In this document: positions 1-9,886 of the stretch, one piece after another | Position numbering within the stretch: the first letter of the stretch is position 1 | Layout: the number at the start of each line of letters is the position of its first letter | Translations under genes and position numbers: made by a program | Notes under the pieces: generated by a model | Databases searched by the model: none | Seen by the model: only the letters and a program-made list of their open reading frames with translations | What the model was told of the DNA's origin: nothing | Source of the DNA: Rhizobium sp. Q54 | GTDB lineage: Bacteria; Pseudomonadota; Alphaproteobacteria; Rickettsiales; UBA1997 | Length of the DNA: 60,617 bases | Assembly: GCA_945875865.1 (NCBI GenBank) | Contig: CAMCMF010000004.1 | Span: forward strand, 1-60,617 | Reading direction: 5' to 3'

Positions 1-181
1 AACCCAGATCCGTCATTAGAAATTTAACAGAATTTGGCTTAGCCAAGAAAATAAAGGGCGAAGCGGGATTTTTTAGGCGTAAGCTTATCACTTGATAAGT
101 GCGCACTAAAAAATTCTGATTCAACCGCGTATTTTCTTGGCTAAGCCAAATTCTGTAAATTTCTAATGACGGATCTGGGTT
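1..181. repeat. Family A palindromic element (MITE/ERIC-like), copy A1
   Basis: Terminal IR AACCCAGATCCGTCATTAGAAATTT...AAATTTCTAATGACGGATCTGGGTT; near-identical to 21482..21662 and, reversed, 26804..26984. Confidence 0.95.
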
Positions 182-206
182 GAAGTTCTTAAAGTAAATA
201 ATCTCG

Positions 207-548
207 ATGTTCAAAGCAAAAATCAAACATAATTACCAAAATATCCTAACGGCGGCAATCCTTATATTGCTTGTTGCGACGCAGATTTTTGCTGTTGCTC
301 ATAAATTTTCTCATCACTCTGCGGCAAATATCGAAATTACACAAGATCAGCCAACAAAGCAGCACAATGATCATGCTTGCGTCTGGTGTTTTTCTAGCAA
401 TTTGCAAAATCAAATTTTATTGACGGCGAGTTTTATTTTTCTCGCAGCTTATTTTTATCTTACTTTTTTTACGCGAAATTTTAACCGTGTAAAAGCTTCT
501 TATCTCCTTTCCTCAAAATCTCCTCGAGCCCCGCCGCTCAATTCTTAA
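207..548 (+). CDS. DUF2946/CruR-like leader protein (His cluster, CxxC, C-terminal RAPP)
   Basis: Hydrophobic N-terminus, HKFSHH, HNDHACVWC, second hydrophobic stretch, ends SPRAPPLNS; directly upstream of a TonB-dependent receptor. Confidence 0.8.
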   Translation: MFKAKIKHNYQNILTAAILILLVATQIFAVAHKFSHHSAANIEITQDQPTKQHNDHACVWCFSSNLQNQILLTASFIFLAAYFYLTFFTRNFNRVKASYLLSSKSPRAPPLNS

Positions 549-586
549 AAGACGTATTCGGAATTCCTTTCCAACTTTTAAGAATT
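540..586 (+). promoter_or_regulatory. 12-bp stem-loop covering the translation initiation region of the TonB-dependent receptor
   Basis: AATTCTTAAAAG (540-551) is the exact reverse complement of CTTTTAAGAATT (575-586); receptor ATG at 593. Confidence 0.6.
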
Positions 587-592
587 TAATTT

Positions 593-2674
593 ATGAAAAA
601 TTTTCTCCTCTTTTTTGTGAGCTTTTTTTTACTCACATCTTCCTCTCTCGCCGAAAATCTTAACTACGAAATCACGGCAAAAAAACTCGATAAATCACGC
701 AGCAATCTTTCGCCAAAAACTGGTGGCAGTTCATTTTCATTTGAGGCGCAAGATATTGAAAATATGCCGCAAGGTCAAATGACGCCGCTCAATCAAGTCT
801 TGTTGCGCGCACCTGGAGTTGTGCAAAATTCTTACGGTGAAATTCATGTGCGCGGAGATCACTCCGCTTTGCAATATCGTTTAAATGACATCATAATTCC
901 CGCCGGAATTTCTAGTTTTGGTCAAAGTTTTGATACGAATTTTATTGAAAGCGTTGATCTTTTAACCGGCGCTTTGCCGGCGCAATATGGCTATCGTAGC
1001 GCTGGTGTAGTTGATATGAAAACCAAGGGTGGAAATTTTGCTAAAACTGGTCGTTCATCAATGATGGTTGGGGGAAATAATACTGTCGGTTTGAATCAGC
1101 AAATTAGCGGATCGGAAGGTCGTTTAAATTATTATCTTAGCGCTAGTTATTTGCAAAATAGTCGTGGCATCGAATCGCCAACTTCGGCAAAAAATTCTCT
1201 GCATAATAACACCAAACAAGACAAACTTTTTGGTTATTTTTCTTATCTGCTCGATGCTTCAAAACGCCTGACTTTTATGGTGGGAAATTCTACTAATCGC
1301 TTTCAAATTCCCAATAATCCAAACGCCGATCAGTTAGAAAATAAAACCTTAAATGGCTTTGGAAATTCTTTTGATATTCGTAATTTAAATGAAAATCAAA
1401 AAGAGTCTAACTCCTACGCAATCGCGGCTTTGCAAGGCGTAAGTAGTTCTGATGTCGATTACCAAATTTCAGCTTTTACGCGTTACAGCACATTAAATTT
1501 TCGTCCCGATTATGTCGGAGATTTAATCATAAATGGCGTTGCTTCCAACATGAAACGCCAAAGTTTTATGAATGGTGTGCAAGCTGATTTGAGTTACGAT
1601 ATTAGTGAAAAAAATAAATTGCGTTACGGGTTTTATGTCACAAACGAAACGGTAAAAAATCGCACTAATAATTTCCTTTTTCCTGTGGACGTGAATGGTG
1701 ATCAAACTTCGAATGATCCTTTGGCAGTAAGGGATGACAGCAATAAAACCGCGCAATTTTACAGCATTTACGTGCAAGATGAATTTAAACCAATCGAAAA
1801 ATTAACGCTGAATTTCGGCGCGCGTTTTGACAAGTCGATTGCCTATCTCGATGAACAACAAATCTCGCCGCGCTTTGGTGCGATTTATAATTTTAGCAGC
1901 GCTACAAAAATTCACGCTGGTTTCTCGCGTTATTTTACACCGCCACCTTTACAATTAATCGCCAATCCGAATTTAGCGAATTTCACTGACACCACTAATG
2001 CGCCGGAAAATTTTTCTAACGGCCGCGCCAGATCTGAGCGCTCCAGCTATTACGATATTGGAATTTCGCATAAAATAACGCCGCATTTAACTTTGGCTCT
2101 CGATGGTTATTACAAAAATGTGCGCAATCTTTCTGATCTCGGACAATTCGGAAATGCGGTGATTTATAGTTCATTCAATTATCAGCGCGGTGAAATTTAT
2201 GGAGTGGAATTTACCACCAATTACAAGCGCGATAATTTTTCCTCTTACTTCAATTTTGCCGGACAAAATGCGCGCGCTAAAAATGCCGTTTCCGGTCAAT
2301 ATTTATTGGAAAATTCTGAAATAAATTCCTTAAGAACAAGAACTGCACATCTCGATCATTTGCAGAGCTACACAGCTTCCGCAGGTGCAGCTTATAAATT
2401 TTTGCAAACTAATTATAGCTTTGACGCAATTTATGGATCGGGTTTGCGCACCGGAGATTTAAACGGCAATTCTATGCCAGCTTATTTGCAAATTAATGGT
2501 AGTATTGCTCGTGATGTTAATGTGGCATTGTTGAATAAAATAAATCTGCGCCTGTCGCTGCTAAATTTATTTGACTCCACTTACAAGCTTCATGATGGTT
2601 CAGGAATCGGCGTTGCCGCAACACAATATGGACCTCGTCGCACGCTTTATTTAACAATTAGTAAATCATTTTAA
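593..2674 (+). CDS. TonB-dependent receptor
   Basis: Signal peptide, plug motif (APGV...IHVRG; GALPAQYG...AGVVDM), barrel motifs (LNFGARFD, SPRFG, NLFD), C-terminal Phe. Confidence 0.92.
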   Translation: MKNFLLFFVSFFLLTSSSLAENLNYEITAKKLDKSRSNLSPKTGGSSFSFEAQDIENMPQGQMTPLNQVLLRAPGVVQNSYGEIHVRGDHSALQYRLNDIIIPAGISSFGQSFDTNFIESVDLLTGALPAQYGYRSAGVVDMKTKGGNFAKTGRSSMMVGGNNTVGLNQQISGSEGRLNYYLSASYLQNSRGIESPTSAKNSLHNNTKQDKLFGYFSYLLDASKRLTFMVGNSTNRFQIPNNPNADQLENKTLNGFGNSFDIRNLNENQKESNSYAIAALQGVSSSDVDYQISAFTRYSTLNFRPDYVGDLIINGVASNMKRQSFMNGVQADLSYDISEKNKLRYGFYVTNETVKNRTNNFLFPVDVNGDQTSNDPLAVRDDSNKTAQFYSIYVQDEFKPIEKLTLNFGARFDKSIAYLDEQQISPRFGAIYNFSSATKIHAGFSRYFTPPPLQLIANPNLANFTDTTNAPENFSNGRARSERSSYYDIGISHKITPHLTLALDGYYKNVRNLSDLGQFGNAVIYSSFNYQRGEIYGVEFTTNYKRDNFSSYFNFAGQNARAKNAVSGQYLLENSEINSLRTRTAHLDHLQSYTASAGAAYKFLQTNYSFDAIYGSGLRTGDLNGNSMPAYLQINGSIARDVNVALLNKINLRLSLLNLFDSTYKLHDGSGIGVAATQYGPRRTLYLTISKSF

Positions 2675-2676
2675 TC

Positions 2677-3321
2677 ATGACTTTTTTCTCCGAAATTTTT
2701 AGCACCATAAAACTTGGTGGCATTTTAATGATTCCACTTTCACTGCTTTCGATTTTAGCAATCGCGCTGATTTTTGATAAAATTATGTTTTTCAGAAAAT
2801 CGATACATTTGCCGCAAGACTTGCTGACATTGATCGAAACCTATAATTTTTCTTGGCAAAAGTTGGAAGATGAGCTCAAGGAATTATCTTCCGAAAATTC
2901 CTACCGCCGTTTTTTTTCAGTGATTGTGAAAAATAAAAATCGACCAGTTTGGTGGTTGGAATCTCGCGCGGCAGATGAGGCAAAATTGATTGAAAAAAAT
3001 CTCGTCTCAAATCTGTGGATTTTAGAAACTATCACTACGGCAGCGCCGCTACTCGGACTTTTAGGAACAATTGTTGGCATGATGGCATCGTTCAAAATCA
3101 TTGGCGCTGAAGGCTTGGTCAACCCAACCGGAGTTACTGCTGGCGTTGCGGAAAGTTTGATTGCCACCGGTTTTGGTTTGGCGATTGCGATAATTTCGCT
3201 TTTTGCTTTCAATTATTTTTCACGCAAAAATGACGAGGTGATGGATGAGATGGAGCGTCTGGGCACGCGGATAATCGACCATGTTAGAATTGAAGAAGCT
3301 CAACCTAATTTTAGGCATTAA
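2677..3321 (+). CDS. exbB: MotA/TolQ/ExbB proton channel protein
   Basis: APLLGLLGTIVGMM, GVAESLIATGFGL; operon with receptor, exbD, tonB. Confidence 0.9.
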   Translation: MTFFSEIFSTIKLGGILMIPLSLLSILAIALIFDKIMFFRKSIHLPQDLLTLIETYNFSWQKLEDELKELSSENSYRRFFSVIVKNKNRPVWWLESRAADEAKLIEKNLVSNLWILETITTAAPLLGLLGTIVGMMASFKIIGAEGLVNPTGVTAGVAESLIATGFGLAIAIISLFAFNYFSRKNDEVMDEMERLGTRIIDHVRIEEAQPNFRH

Positions 3322-3323
3322 TC

Positions 3324-3722
3324 ATGAAGTTAACTCGTGCGCGTAAAGCAAAAAAAGGCCGCATCGAAATTATTCCGATGATTGACGTGATGTTTTTTTT
3401 GCTCGCTACTTTTATTTTAGCATCGCTTTCGATGCAGAGATTTGAAGGCTTGGGCGTGAATTTGGTACAAGGCAAAGCTGAAAAAGTTTCAGTCGAAAAT
3501 CAAATTACTTTCACCATCACTCACGATAATTCGATTTTTTTGAACAAAGAAAAAATCAAGATTGGCAGAGTTCGCGAGCGTCTCGCAGAAATTCTAGATG
3601 ATCCAGAAAAAATCATCATCATCGCTTCCGACAAAGAAGCGCAGCAAGGCGTGGTGATGCAAGTTATGCTTCAAGCAAAAGCGGCGGGAGCTCGGCATTT
3701 TTCAATGATCGCAAAAAGTTAA
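3324..3722 (+). CDS. exbD: Biopolymer transporter ExbD
   Basis: IEIIPMIDVMFFLL motif. Confidence 0.92.
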   Translation: MKLTRARKAKKGRIEIIPMIDVMFFLLATFILASLSMQRFEGLGVNLVQGKAEKVSVENQITFTITHDNSIFLNKEKIKIGRVRERLAEILDDPEKIIIIASDKEAQQGVVMQVMLQAKAAGARHFSMIAKS

Positions 3723-3723
3723 A

Positions 3724-4278
3724 ATGAAAAAACCTCTTACAAGTTTTGCTGTTGGTTTGGTGATTTATTTTTTGTTCTTAGTGATTTTTGCTTTTACGTT
3801 TTCCAAAAAATTTAATGCACCACAAGTTTCGCTAGAAATTGATGCAGCCTTGATTGGTGAAGTAGCGCAGCATGAAAAATCGAAATCAAAATTAGAACAA
3901 GAGCAAGATCTACAAAAAATTTCTGATCAAAAAAATAGCGCAGAAAAAAGTCAGGAAGAAAAATTAGAACCTCACGATACCAAGTCTGACAAGGAAGAAG
4001 GGGGTGAATCAAAAAAAGTTACTGCGCAAAAAGTGCCGCCAATTTTTCAACCGCTACCAGAAATTCCTGATGAATTACGCTTCGAAGCTTTCCACTCAAA
4101 AGCCATTGCGCGCTTTTATGTTGATGCGGCGGGAAACGTGATGAGAGTTGAGTTGATAAGGCCTTCCAATAATCCGAAACTGAATCAGCTGCTGTTAAAA
4201 TCTTTGCAGCAATGGCGGTTTGATTCCAGTCGTACTGGTGTCGTTCAAGACATTGTTGTGATTTTTAAAGTTGAGTAA
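3724..4278 (+). CDS. tonB: Energy transducer TonB family protein
   Basis: N-terminal TM helix, charged linker, TonB-C-like domain (FYVDAAGNV...QWRF). Confidence 0.8.
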   Translation: MKKPLTSFAVGLVIYFLFLVIFAFTFSKKFNAPQVSLEIDAALIGEVAQHEKSKSKLEQEQDLQKISDQKNSAEKSQEEKLEPHDTKSDKEEGGESKKVTAQKVPPIFQPLPEIPDELRFEAFHSKAIARFYVDAAGNVMRVELIRPSNNPKLNQLLLKSLQQWRFDSSRTGVVQDIVVIFKVE

Positions 4279-4302
4279 TTTGCGATGCAGCACATCTCTC
4301 GG

Positions 4303-4375
4303 TGTCATCCCCGCGAAGGCGGGGATCCAGGAGAGCTTTGAAACAAACTGGATCCCCGCCTTCGCGGGGATGACA
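4303..4375. repeat. Family E REP-like inverted doublet (TGTCATCCCCGC-loop-GCGGGGATCCA)
   Basis: Perfect 28-bp IR, 4303-4330 / 4348-4375; each unit is itself a hairpin. Confidence 0.92.
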
Positions 4376-4396
4376 AAAATGGAATAGGAATTACAA

Positions 4397-5287
4397 ATGA
4401 AATTTATGAAAAAATTATTTCTCTTTTTAGCTTTTTTTATTTTCACACAAAGCGCTCAAGCTGAAGTAATAATTTTTGCTTGCGAGCCGGAATGGGCAAG
4501 TTTGGCGCGAGAAATTGTTGGTAATAAAGCGCGAGTTTTGTTGGCGACAAAAGCTAATGAAGATCCAAGCAATGTTAGAGTAACGACCGACATGCTAAAA
4601 TTTATTCGCACGGCAGATATGGTTTTTTGTTCTGGTCATGGGTTGGAAGCCACTTGGCTTAATGCCGCGCTGAATAAAAGTGGTAATTTAACGATTTTAA
4701 CCAGACCGAATAATCTGCTTTTTGCCTTCGATTATGCGGTGACAAAATCCTCGTCGGCACGCATCCATTTAAATCCTTACAACATCGCTTCGGTTGCCGC
4801 TGAATTTACCAAGCGTATAAAAATCATCGATGGTTTAAATGCTAATTTTTATCAAAAATCTTACGAGAATTTTTCGGTTAAATGGCAAAAATCAATTGCA
4901 ATTTGGCAGTCTGCAGCTGCGCCGTTGAAGGATATGAGAGTTGTGGTGCAAAATGATAATTGGCAGGAAATGATTGATTGGTTGGGTTTGAAAGTTGCGA
5001 TAAAAATCGAGCCACAAAAAACCCGTTTAGCCAATAATAAAATTCTTGAAGACGCATTAAGAGTGCTAAAAGAAAAACCAGCTAGTGCGATTATTTTTGC
5101 TAATTATGAGGAGAAAGCTTCGGTGATGTGGCTTGGCGAAAAAAGTCGTACTCGAATTGTTTTATTACCATTTACGGTGGGCGGTGCGGCGAATTCTGCT
5201 GATTTATTCCAGCTATTTTCAACCACGATAAATTTACTGCGGGCGGATTGTTCGCGAGTTGTTTGTCCGCCGATGGTGATTAATTAG
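4397..5287 (+). CDS. ZnuA/TroA-like metal ABC substrate-binding protein (degenerate ligands)
   Basis: Signal peptide, FACEPEWASLAREI, ADMVFCSGHGLE, IHLNP, LPFTVGG. Confidence 0.8.
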   Translation: MKFMKKLFLFLAFFIFTQSAQAEVIIFACEPEWASLAREIVGNKARVLLATKANEDPSNVRVTTDMLKFIRTADMVFCSGHGLEATWLNAALNKSGNLTILTRPNNLLFAFDYAVTKSSSARIHLNPYNIASVAAEFTKRIKIIDGLNANFYQKSYENFSVKWQKSIAIWQSAAAPLKDMRVVVQNDNWQEMIDWLGLKVAIKIEPQKTRLANNKILEDALRVLKEKPASAIIFANYEEKASVMWLGEKSRTRIVLLPFTVGGAANSADLFQLFSTTINLLRADCSRVVCPPMVIN

Positions 5288-6819
5288 AGGGGGGGGGCTC
5301 CGGCTTTGCCTCTATTAAACCTTTGCCGCTGCGCAACTGGTTGTGCTACTACACTGCAAGGAGAGAATTGGAATTTTTCCATTAGTTCAGCGACGGTCGG
5401 TGGTTTTGATGGAGCAGCGGGTTCTGTTGATTGTAGAGGCTCGCTGGCTACAAGAAGACTGGATCCACCGAGTTCTGCCACTGCTTGAGGTTTGGTACTG
5501 GAGTCATCAATCGCTACTGCATTAGGGGACTGATTGCCGGGAGTGGTAGCGCCATCAACAAAAGTTATTACAATTTTGTCCATTGCAACCGAAAGCAGGT
5601 CGCTCATTTTACCCTCTTTCTCTGTCGGTAATTTGTTTAAAATAACCTTCAAGCGTTTTGGTGATTTTTTATCCAAGCTAGTGAAACATGATTGAAGGTC
5701 GAGATAATTATCGCCATCTTTTTCTGAAGGAGCTACTTCCCGTTCCTCCTGTTCCTGTTTCTCCCGAGAGAGAGATGCTTTATTAATAAAATATTCAATA
5801 AACTCTAATTTTCTTTCAAAAAATAGATCCAGCTTGGCCGCGTCCTCTTTAAAAAAGAGTTTTTGCCAAATAGAAGGAAACCTATCAACAATATTGGTCG
5901 CTACTTTTTTCAGATCACACTCGAGATAAATTTTAGCTGCAGTTTCTGCTGCAAAAACAAGATCTTTCGTTATAAATTCTTCTGCTTCTTCAGCATAAGC
6001 GACTCTATTTGGAACGCTAAGCCATTTGTTGGCTTCGTCGTTCTTTAATTCCGGATAAACCTTTAAAAGTAAAGAAAGTGCTATCTCTACTTGTAAATCT
6101 GCTCTTTCCTTCGGTTTAGATAGAGCTGCGACTTCAAAAGCTGCGACTTCAAAAATTGCTTCTAGCGCGAGAACTTTTCTTGCCTGTTCAAGAGCGAGTT
6201 TGATTTGAGCATTTCTTTTTGTTGGAGAGTTTGATCTGAGCTCATTTTCACTTTGCTCCACCATATCCACCTCAGCAACTTGACACCAAGCAAGGAGTTT
6301 TGCCATTCCAATCACTGGTTGATTTATACAAGCTGTTAATGAGCCACTGGCAATTTCCGACATCCATTTAGAATTTTTTGAATCTTTTTCTAGCAATTTG
6401 ATCATGGGATCTAAACTTTTAGCCAACAAATCATAACCGCCACGCTCAGTGACTGCTTCAGTGAGAAAACGATGAGTCAGATTTGTTATAATGTTCCGAT
6501 AGTGACCATCTGCTTCTTCGAGTGCTTCGAGTGCTTTTTTAATATGGAGGATGCTTTTCTGAACCGCAGCATTATTTGGTATGTAATCATTGGGGTAAAT
6601 AACTACATCGCCCTTAAGTTCAGCAGCTTGCAAAAGTGCTATGGTAGTAAGATCTATAGAATCAGCAGCTGCCTTTTTTCCTTCTTCCGGAGGTCCCAGA
6701 TTAACAGTATGAAAATTCCAGTTAGACAAATCAAACTTCATATAATCACTACCAGGATTATCTGAAGTAAGTCCAAGTGTAGTAATTAATGCTTCATAAT
6801 CCCCTGAAAAGCTTTTCAT
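5284..6819 (-). CDS. Orphan helical protein with S/P/T-rich, basic C-terminal tail
   Basis: 511-aa ORF filling the gap; no family recognised. Confidence 0.7.
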   Translation of the reverse strand: MKSFSGDYEALITTLGLTSDNPGSDYMKFDLSNWNFHTVNLGPPEEGKKAAADSIDLTTIALLQAAELKGDVVIYPNDYIPNNAAVQKSILHIKKALEALEEADGHYRNIITNLTHRFLTEAVTERGGYDLLAKSLDPMIKLLEKDSKNSKWMSEIASGSLTACINQPVIGMAKLLAWCQVAEVDMVEQSENELRSNSPTKRNAQIKLALEQARKVLALEAIFEVAAFEVAALSKPKERADLQVEIALSLLLKVYPELKNDEANKWLSVPNRVAYAEEAEEFITKDLVFAAETAAKIYLECDLKKVATNIVDRFPSIWQKLFFKEDAAKLDLFFERKLEFIEYFINKASLSREKQEQEEREVAPSEKDGDNYLDLQSCFTSLDKKSPKRLKVILNKLPTEKEGKMSDLLSVAMDKIVITFVDGATTPGNQSPNAVAIDDSSTKPQAVAELGGSSLLVASEPLQSTEPAAPSKPPTVAELMEKFQFSPCSVVAQPVAQRQRFNRGKAGAPPL

Positions 6820-6834
6820 AAATTCTCCAAATTT

Positions 6835-7323
6835 TTAAATTACCGATATTTTTTTCCGGAAAAAAACTATCGCTGCGATCGCTAGAAACAAACAATAAAT
6901 CACATTCCACGCCGCCATTGAAAGCTTGAGGAAAAATAATTGTGGCTCGTCGCAACGTACTGCTTTTGTTTTCATCAAAGCTTGGCGCAATTGTTCTAAA
7001 TCATGAATTTCATTCAAGTGATTATTGGATGAGCAAGCATCAGGTCCACGGAAAATTTTTTGTTCGACGCCAACTTGGTAAGAAGCGATTGCGACGTTGG
7101 TTAGTAGGCAAGCGAGGCAGATAAAAAAAACTGTGCGTTGTAATTTTTGGTTTTTTGTAAGTAGCGAAAAAGTGGCGAAAGCGATGATTATAAAAAATGG
7201 CCAGCGTTGATAGAGGCAGAGAATACAAGGTTGGAAGTCAAAAACAAATTGTGCGATGTAGGCCGAGCTTAACGCAGAAATCGCGGCGAGGAGAAAAAAA
7301 ATTAAGATTTTTTGTTGAGACAT
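6835..7323 (-). CDS. dsbB: Disulfide bond formation protein DsbB
   Basis: PCILCLYQR, YQVGVE, VRCDE, LSMAAWN. Confidence 0.93.
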   Translation of the reverse strand: MSQQKILIFFLLAAISALSSAYIAQFVFDFQPCILCLYQRWPFFIIIAFATFSLLTKNQKLQRTVFFICLACLLTNVAIASYQVGVEQKIFRGPDACSSNNHLNEIHDLEQLRQALMKTKAVRCDEPQLFFLKLSMAAWNVIYCLFLAIAAIVFFRKKISVI

Positions 7324-8528
7324 TTTTTTGCTAAATCTTTGCGCAGTTCAACTGCGGGCTGGTCGAAAGGATTAATTTTTTTGACGTAAGCAATCAAAAT
7401 AGTTTCTAAAAACATTTGCATCATCAGGCCGCCAAGAACTTCCTCATCGAGCTTTTCAATTTCAAAAATTCGAATTGGTAATTTTTTGCGATTCAAAACT
7501 TCGATGGTGGTTTCTTGTTCGATTTCAACAATTTTGCTAAGTTTTTTTCCGCCAAAAAAAGTTTTGCAGCTTGGTAAATCTTTGATGTTGAAATTATGTT
7601 GGTGATTTTTGGTGGTGATGAAAGTGAAGAATTTATCTTTGGTTCCTTCAAGATAAAGTTGGAGCTGACTGTGCTGATCTATTGTGCCCATTGAGTTGAT
7701 CGGGGTTGAGCCAAAACCATTTTTCCCCAAAGATTCTGCCCAAAGTTGGCGATACCAATCGGTAAAGTTTTTTAGATTGTCGATGTAAGGCATGATCACG
7801 CTGTTGGTGAAACCTTGTTCGTAAAGGGCTAGTTGGATGGCGCAATAATTGCTGATATTTTTTTCTCTCAAAAAATCCTGTAAAACTTTTGTGGCGCCAT
7901 TGCGGATTTTCTTAGCGTCGAGTCCAGCAAGAATTGCTGGCAATAGTCCGACGATCGAGAAGCAAGAATATCTGCCGCCGATTTTGCTCGGATGATTGGC
8001 AATTTCAGCGCCGATTTTTTTAGCAATTTTGGCGATGGAATTAGTTTCTGATTCGGTGATGAATAAAAATTGTTTGGAGAAGTTTTTATGTTTTTCTTTT
8101 TGTAAGCGATCCAGAACTATCAAACTTTGACAGATGGTTTCAATGGTTTCACCAGACTTGCTGATTACTAAAAAAAATGTGTTTTTGAGATCAAGTTTTG
8201 AAAGACAATTTTCAATGGTGGTGGGATCAATCGATTCAAGAAATTCTAATTTATTTTGGAATTTAAGTGCGGTTAGAGTTTTGCCGCCAAGGCTTGATCC
8301 GCCAACTCCGAGCACCAGAATTTTTTTATAAATAGAGATTTTTTTGGCGAGTTTTTCAAATATTTTTAGATCATCTTTGGCAAAAACTATATCGATTGCT
8401 GCTAGCTTTGAGGCTTTGATTTCGCTGCGTAAAGCCTCAGATTCTTTCTCGCAAATTTGCTGAATTTTTTTTAGATTTTTTGCCGAAGAAAGATTTTTGA
8501 AATGCTGTGTAAAAAGAGTGTGGGGCAT
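7302..8528 (-). CDS. pgi: Glucose-6-phosphate isomerase (short type)
   Basis: GVGGSSLG, SKSGETIET, IGGRYS, QLWAESLGK, DQHSQLQ, PFDQPAVE. Confidence 0.95.
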   Translation of the reverse strand: MPHTLFTQHFKNLSSAKNLKKIQQICEKESEALRSEIKASKLAAIDIVFAKDDLKIFEKLAKKISIYKKILVLGVGGSSLGGKTLTALKFQNKLEFLESIDPTTIENCLSKLDLKNTFFLVISKSGETIETICQSLIVLDRLQKEKHKNFSKQFLFITESETNSIAKIAKKIGAEIANHPSKIGGRYSCFSIVGLLPAILAGLDAKKIRNGATKVLQDFLREKNISNYCAIQLALYEQGFTNSVIMPYIDNLKNFTDWYRQLWAESLGKNGFGSTPINSMGTIDQHSQLQLYLEGTKDKFFTFITTKNHQHNFNIKDLPSCKTFFGGKKLSKIVEIEQETTIEVLNRKKLPIRIFEIEKLDEEVLGGLMMQMFLETILIAYVKKINPFDQPAVELRKDLAKKCLNKKS

Positions 8529-8548
8529 CTTGTGATCTGAAATGAATT

Positions 8549-8622
8549 TGGAGGCCAGGGCCGGAATCGAACCGGCGGTAAAGGCTTTGCAGGCCCTTGC
8601 ATTACCACTTTGCTACCTAGCC
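8549..8622 (-). tRNA. tRNA-Cys(GCA)
   Basis: GGCTAGGTAGCAAAGTGGTAATGC...CTGCAAA...GGTTCGATTCC...CCA; cloverleaf with encoded CCA. Confidence 0.95.
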
Positions 8623-8718
8623 ATCAAAAATGGAAGGCGCAATTTAGGAAGGGATTTGAAGATTACAAGTTGGGGATTGGGCTTACAAAAAACTCGGTTT
8701 ATCATCCGAGTTTTTCTT

Positions 8719-9357
8719 TTATTTCTTTCTCTCACTAATCCTTGGCGCTCTAAGATAAATCGCGTCTGAGTTTTGTGAAAATTCGCCGCTGAGGAATTTT
8801 TCTACTGCTAAAAGTCCAACCATATCTGCTTCAATTGGGGCGTCGTTTTCTTGGCCATTGATCATTTTTTTTCCAGATCCACAAAGTAAGAAATTATCTT
8901 TTGGTAAAAATTGTGAAACCTCTTCAAGCTTTACCAAACAAGGCTCCACAACTATTGTTAATTTTTGATTCTGCGAAAAATATTCGGCGATAAAAAGCTC
9001 ATCCATTGCCGCATCAATCGCGACAAAAATTTTTCCTTCATGCGCGCGATTAGCGAAAGCAGCGACTTCGCAGCAATTAACAAAAATTAGCGGAATGTTT
9101 GTCGCGGCTTTAATTATGCGGGCTGTTGTAAGTGCGATGCGAGTGCCAGTAAAACTTCCAGGACCATTTGTTGCGGCGATCAAACCTAAATCCTGATACC
9201 AAATTTTTTGCGATTTTAAAATTTTTTCGATTTCAGGAATTAAAAGTTCGGACTGTTTTCCACTTTCCCAAATAGTATTTTTGGCAAGAATTTTGCGATC
9301 ATCGAGAATAGCTGTTGATAGGCTGGCAGCACTAGTATCAAAAGCTAAAGTGAACAC
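8719..9357 (-). CDS. tsaB: t6A biosynthesis protein TsaB
   Basis: LAFDTS, SELLIPEI, GPGSFTGTRI, IDA motifs. Confidence 0.93.
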   Translation of the reverse strand: MFTLAFDTSAASLSTAILDDRKILAKNTIWESGKQSELLIPEIEKILKSQKIWYQDLGLIAATNGPGSFTGTRIALTTARIIKAATNIPLIFVNCCEVAAFANRAHEGKIFVAIDAAMDELFIAEYFSQNQKLTIVVEPCLVKLEEVSQFLPKDNFLLCGSGKKMINGQENDAPIEADMVGLLAVEKFLSGEFSQNSDAIYLRAPRISERKK

Positions 9358-9815
9358 TAATTTAGAACATTATTGATATTGGGCACATCGAGAGAAAATG
9401 TTGGAATTGTAACTTCAAACACTTCGCCGCCTTCAATTTTTTTCATGTTATAGCGACCCATCATGATGCCAGATGGATAGCGCAAATGCACGCCGCTGGA
9501 ATATTGGTAAGAGGCATTTGGTGCGATGATTGGTTGTTCGCCAACTACGCCTTCGCCATTAATTTCTTGCACTACACCATTCTCGTCGAGGATGCGCCAG
9601 TAGCGGCTTACGAGCTGTATTGCTTCCTGTTTTCTATTTTCGATTCGCACGTGATATGACCAAATATAAAGATCGCCGATGATGCTGGATTTGCTGTCGA
9701 CAAATTCCGGCCAGACGGTGATTTGTATGTCGCTAGTAATGGCGCTGTAGGATTTGCCATCTCCGAATGATTCTAGTAATTCGTCTACTCGGTTTGATTT
9801 TGTAAGTTGGATCAT
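9357..9815 (-). CDS. apaG: ApaG protein
   Basis: QLVSRYWRI, GEGVVGEQP, YSSGV, IPTFSLD; ATG at 9815 chosen. Confidence 0.93.
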   Translation of the reverse strand: MIQLTKSNRVDELLESFGDGKSYSAITSDIQITVWPEFVDSKSSIIGDLYIWSYHVRIENRKQEAIQLVSRYWRILDENGVVQEINGEGVVGEQPIIAPNASYQYSSGVHLRYPSGIMMGRYNMKKIEGGEVFEVTIPTFSLDVPNINNVLN

Positions 9816-9886
9816 TTTCAAAATTTATTTTTTAGGGGCGTCCTTTAGAGCCTGTTTAATGTCTTTTAGAATCAAAAAAGTCGGCT

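Noticed and set aside
5289-5297. G9 tract as phase-variation site
   Set aside because: Falls in the last codons of the orphan gene, so slippage would barely alter the protein
6124-6153. 15-bp tandem duplication (FEVAA x2)
   Set aside because: Ordinary slippage event
8542-8769. 75-aa ORF
   Set aside because: Antisense reading of tRNA-Cys
9834-9860. AGGGGCGTCCT / TTAGAGCCTGTT as B or IS-end remnant
   Set aside because: Too short and no partner end found
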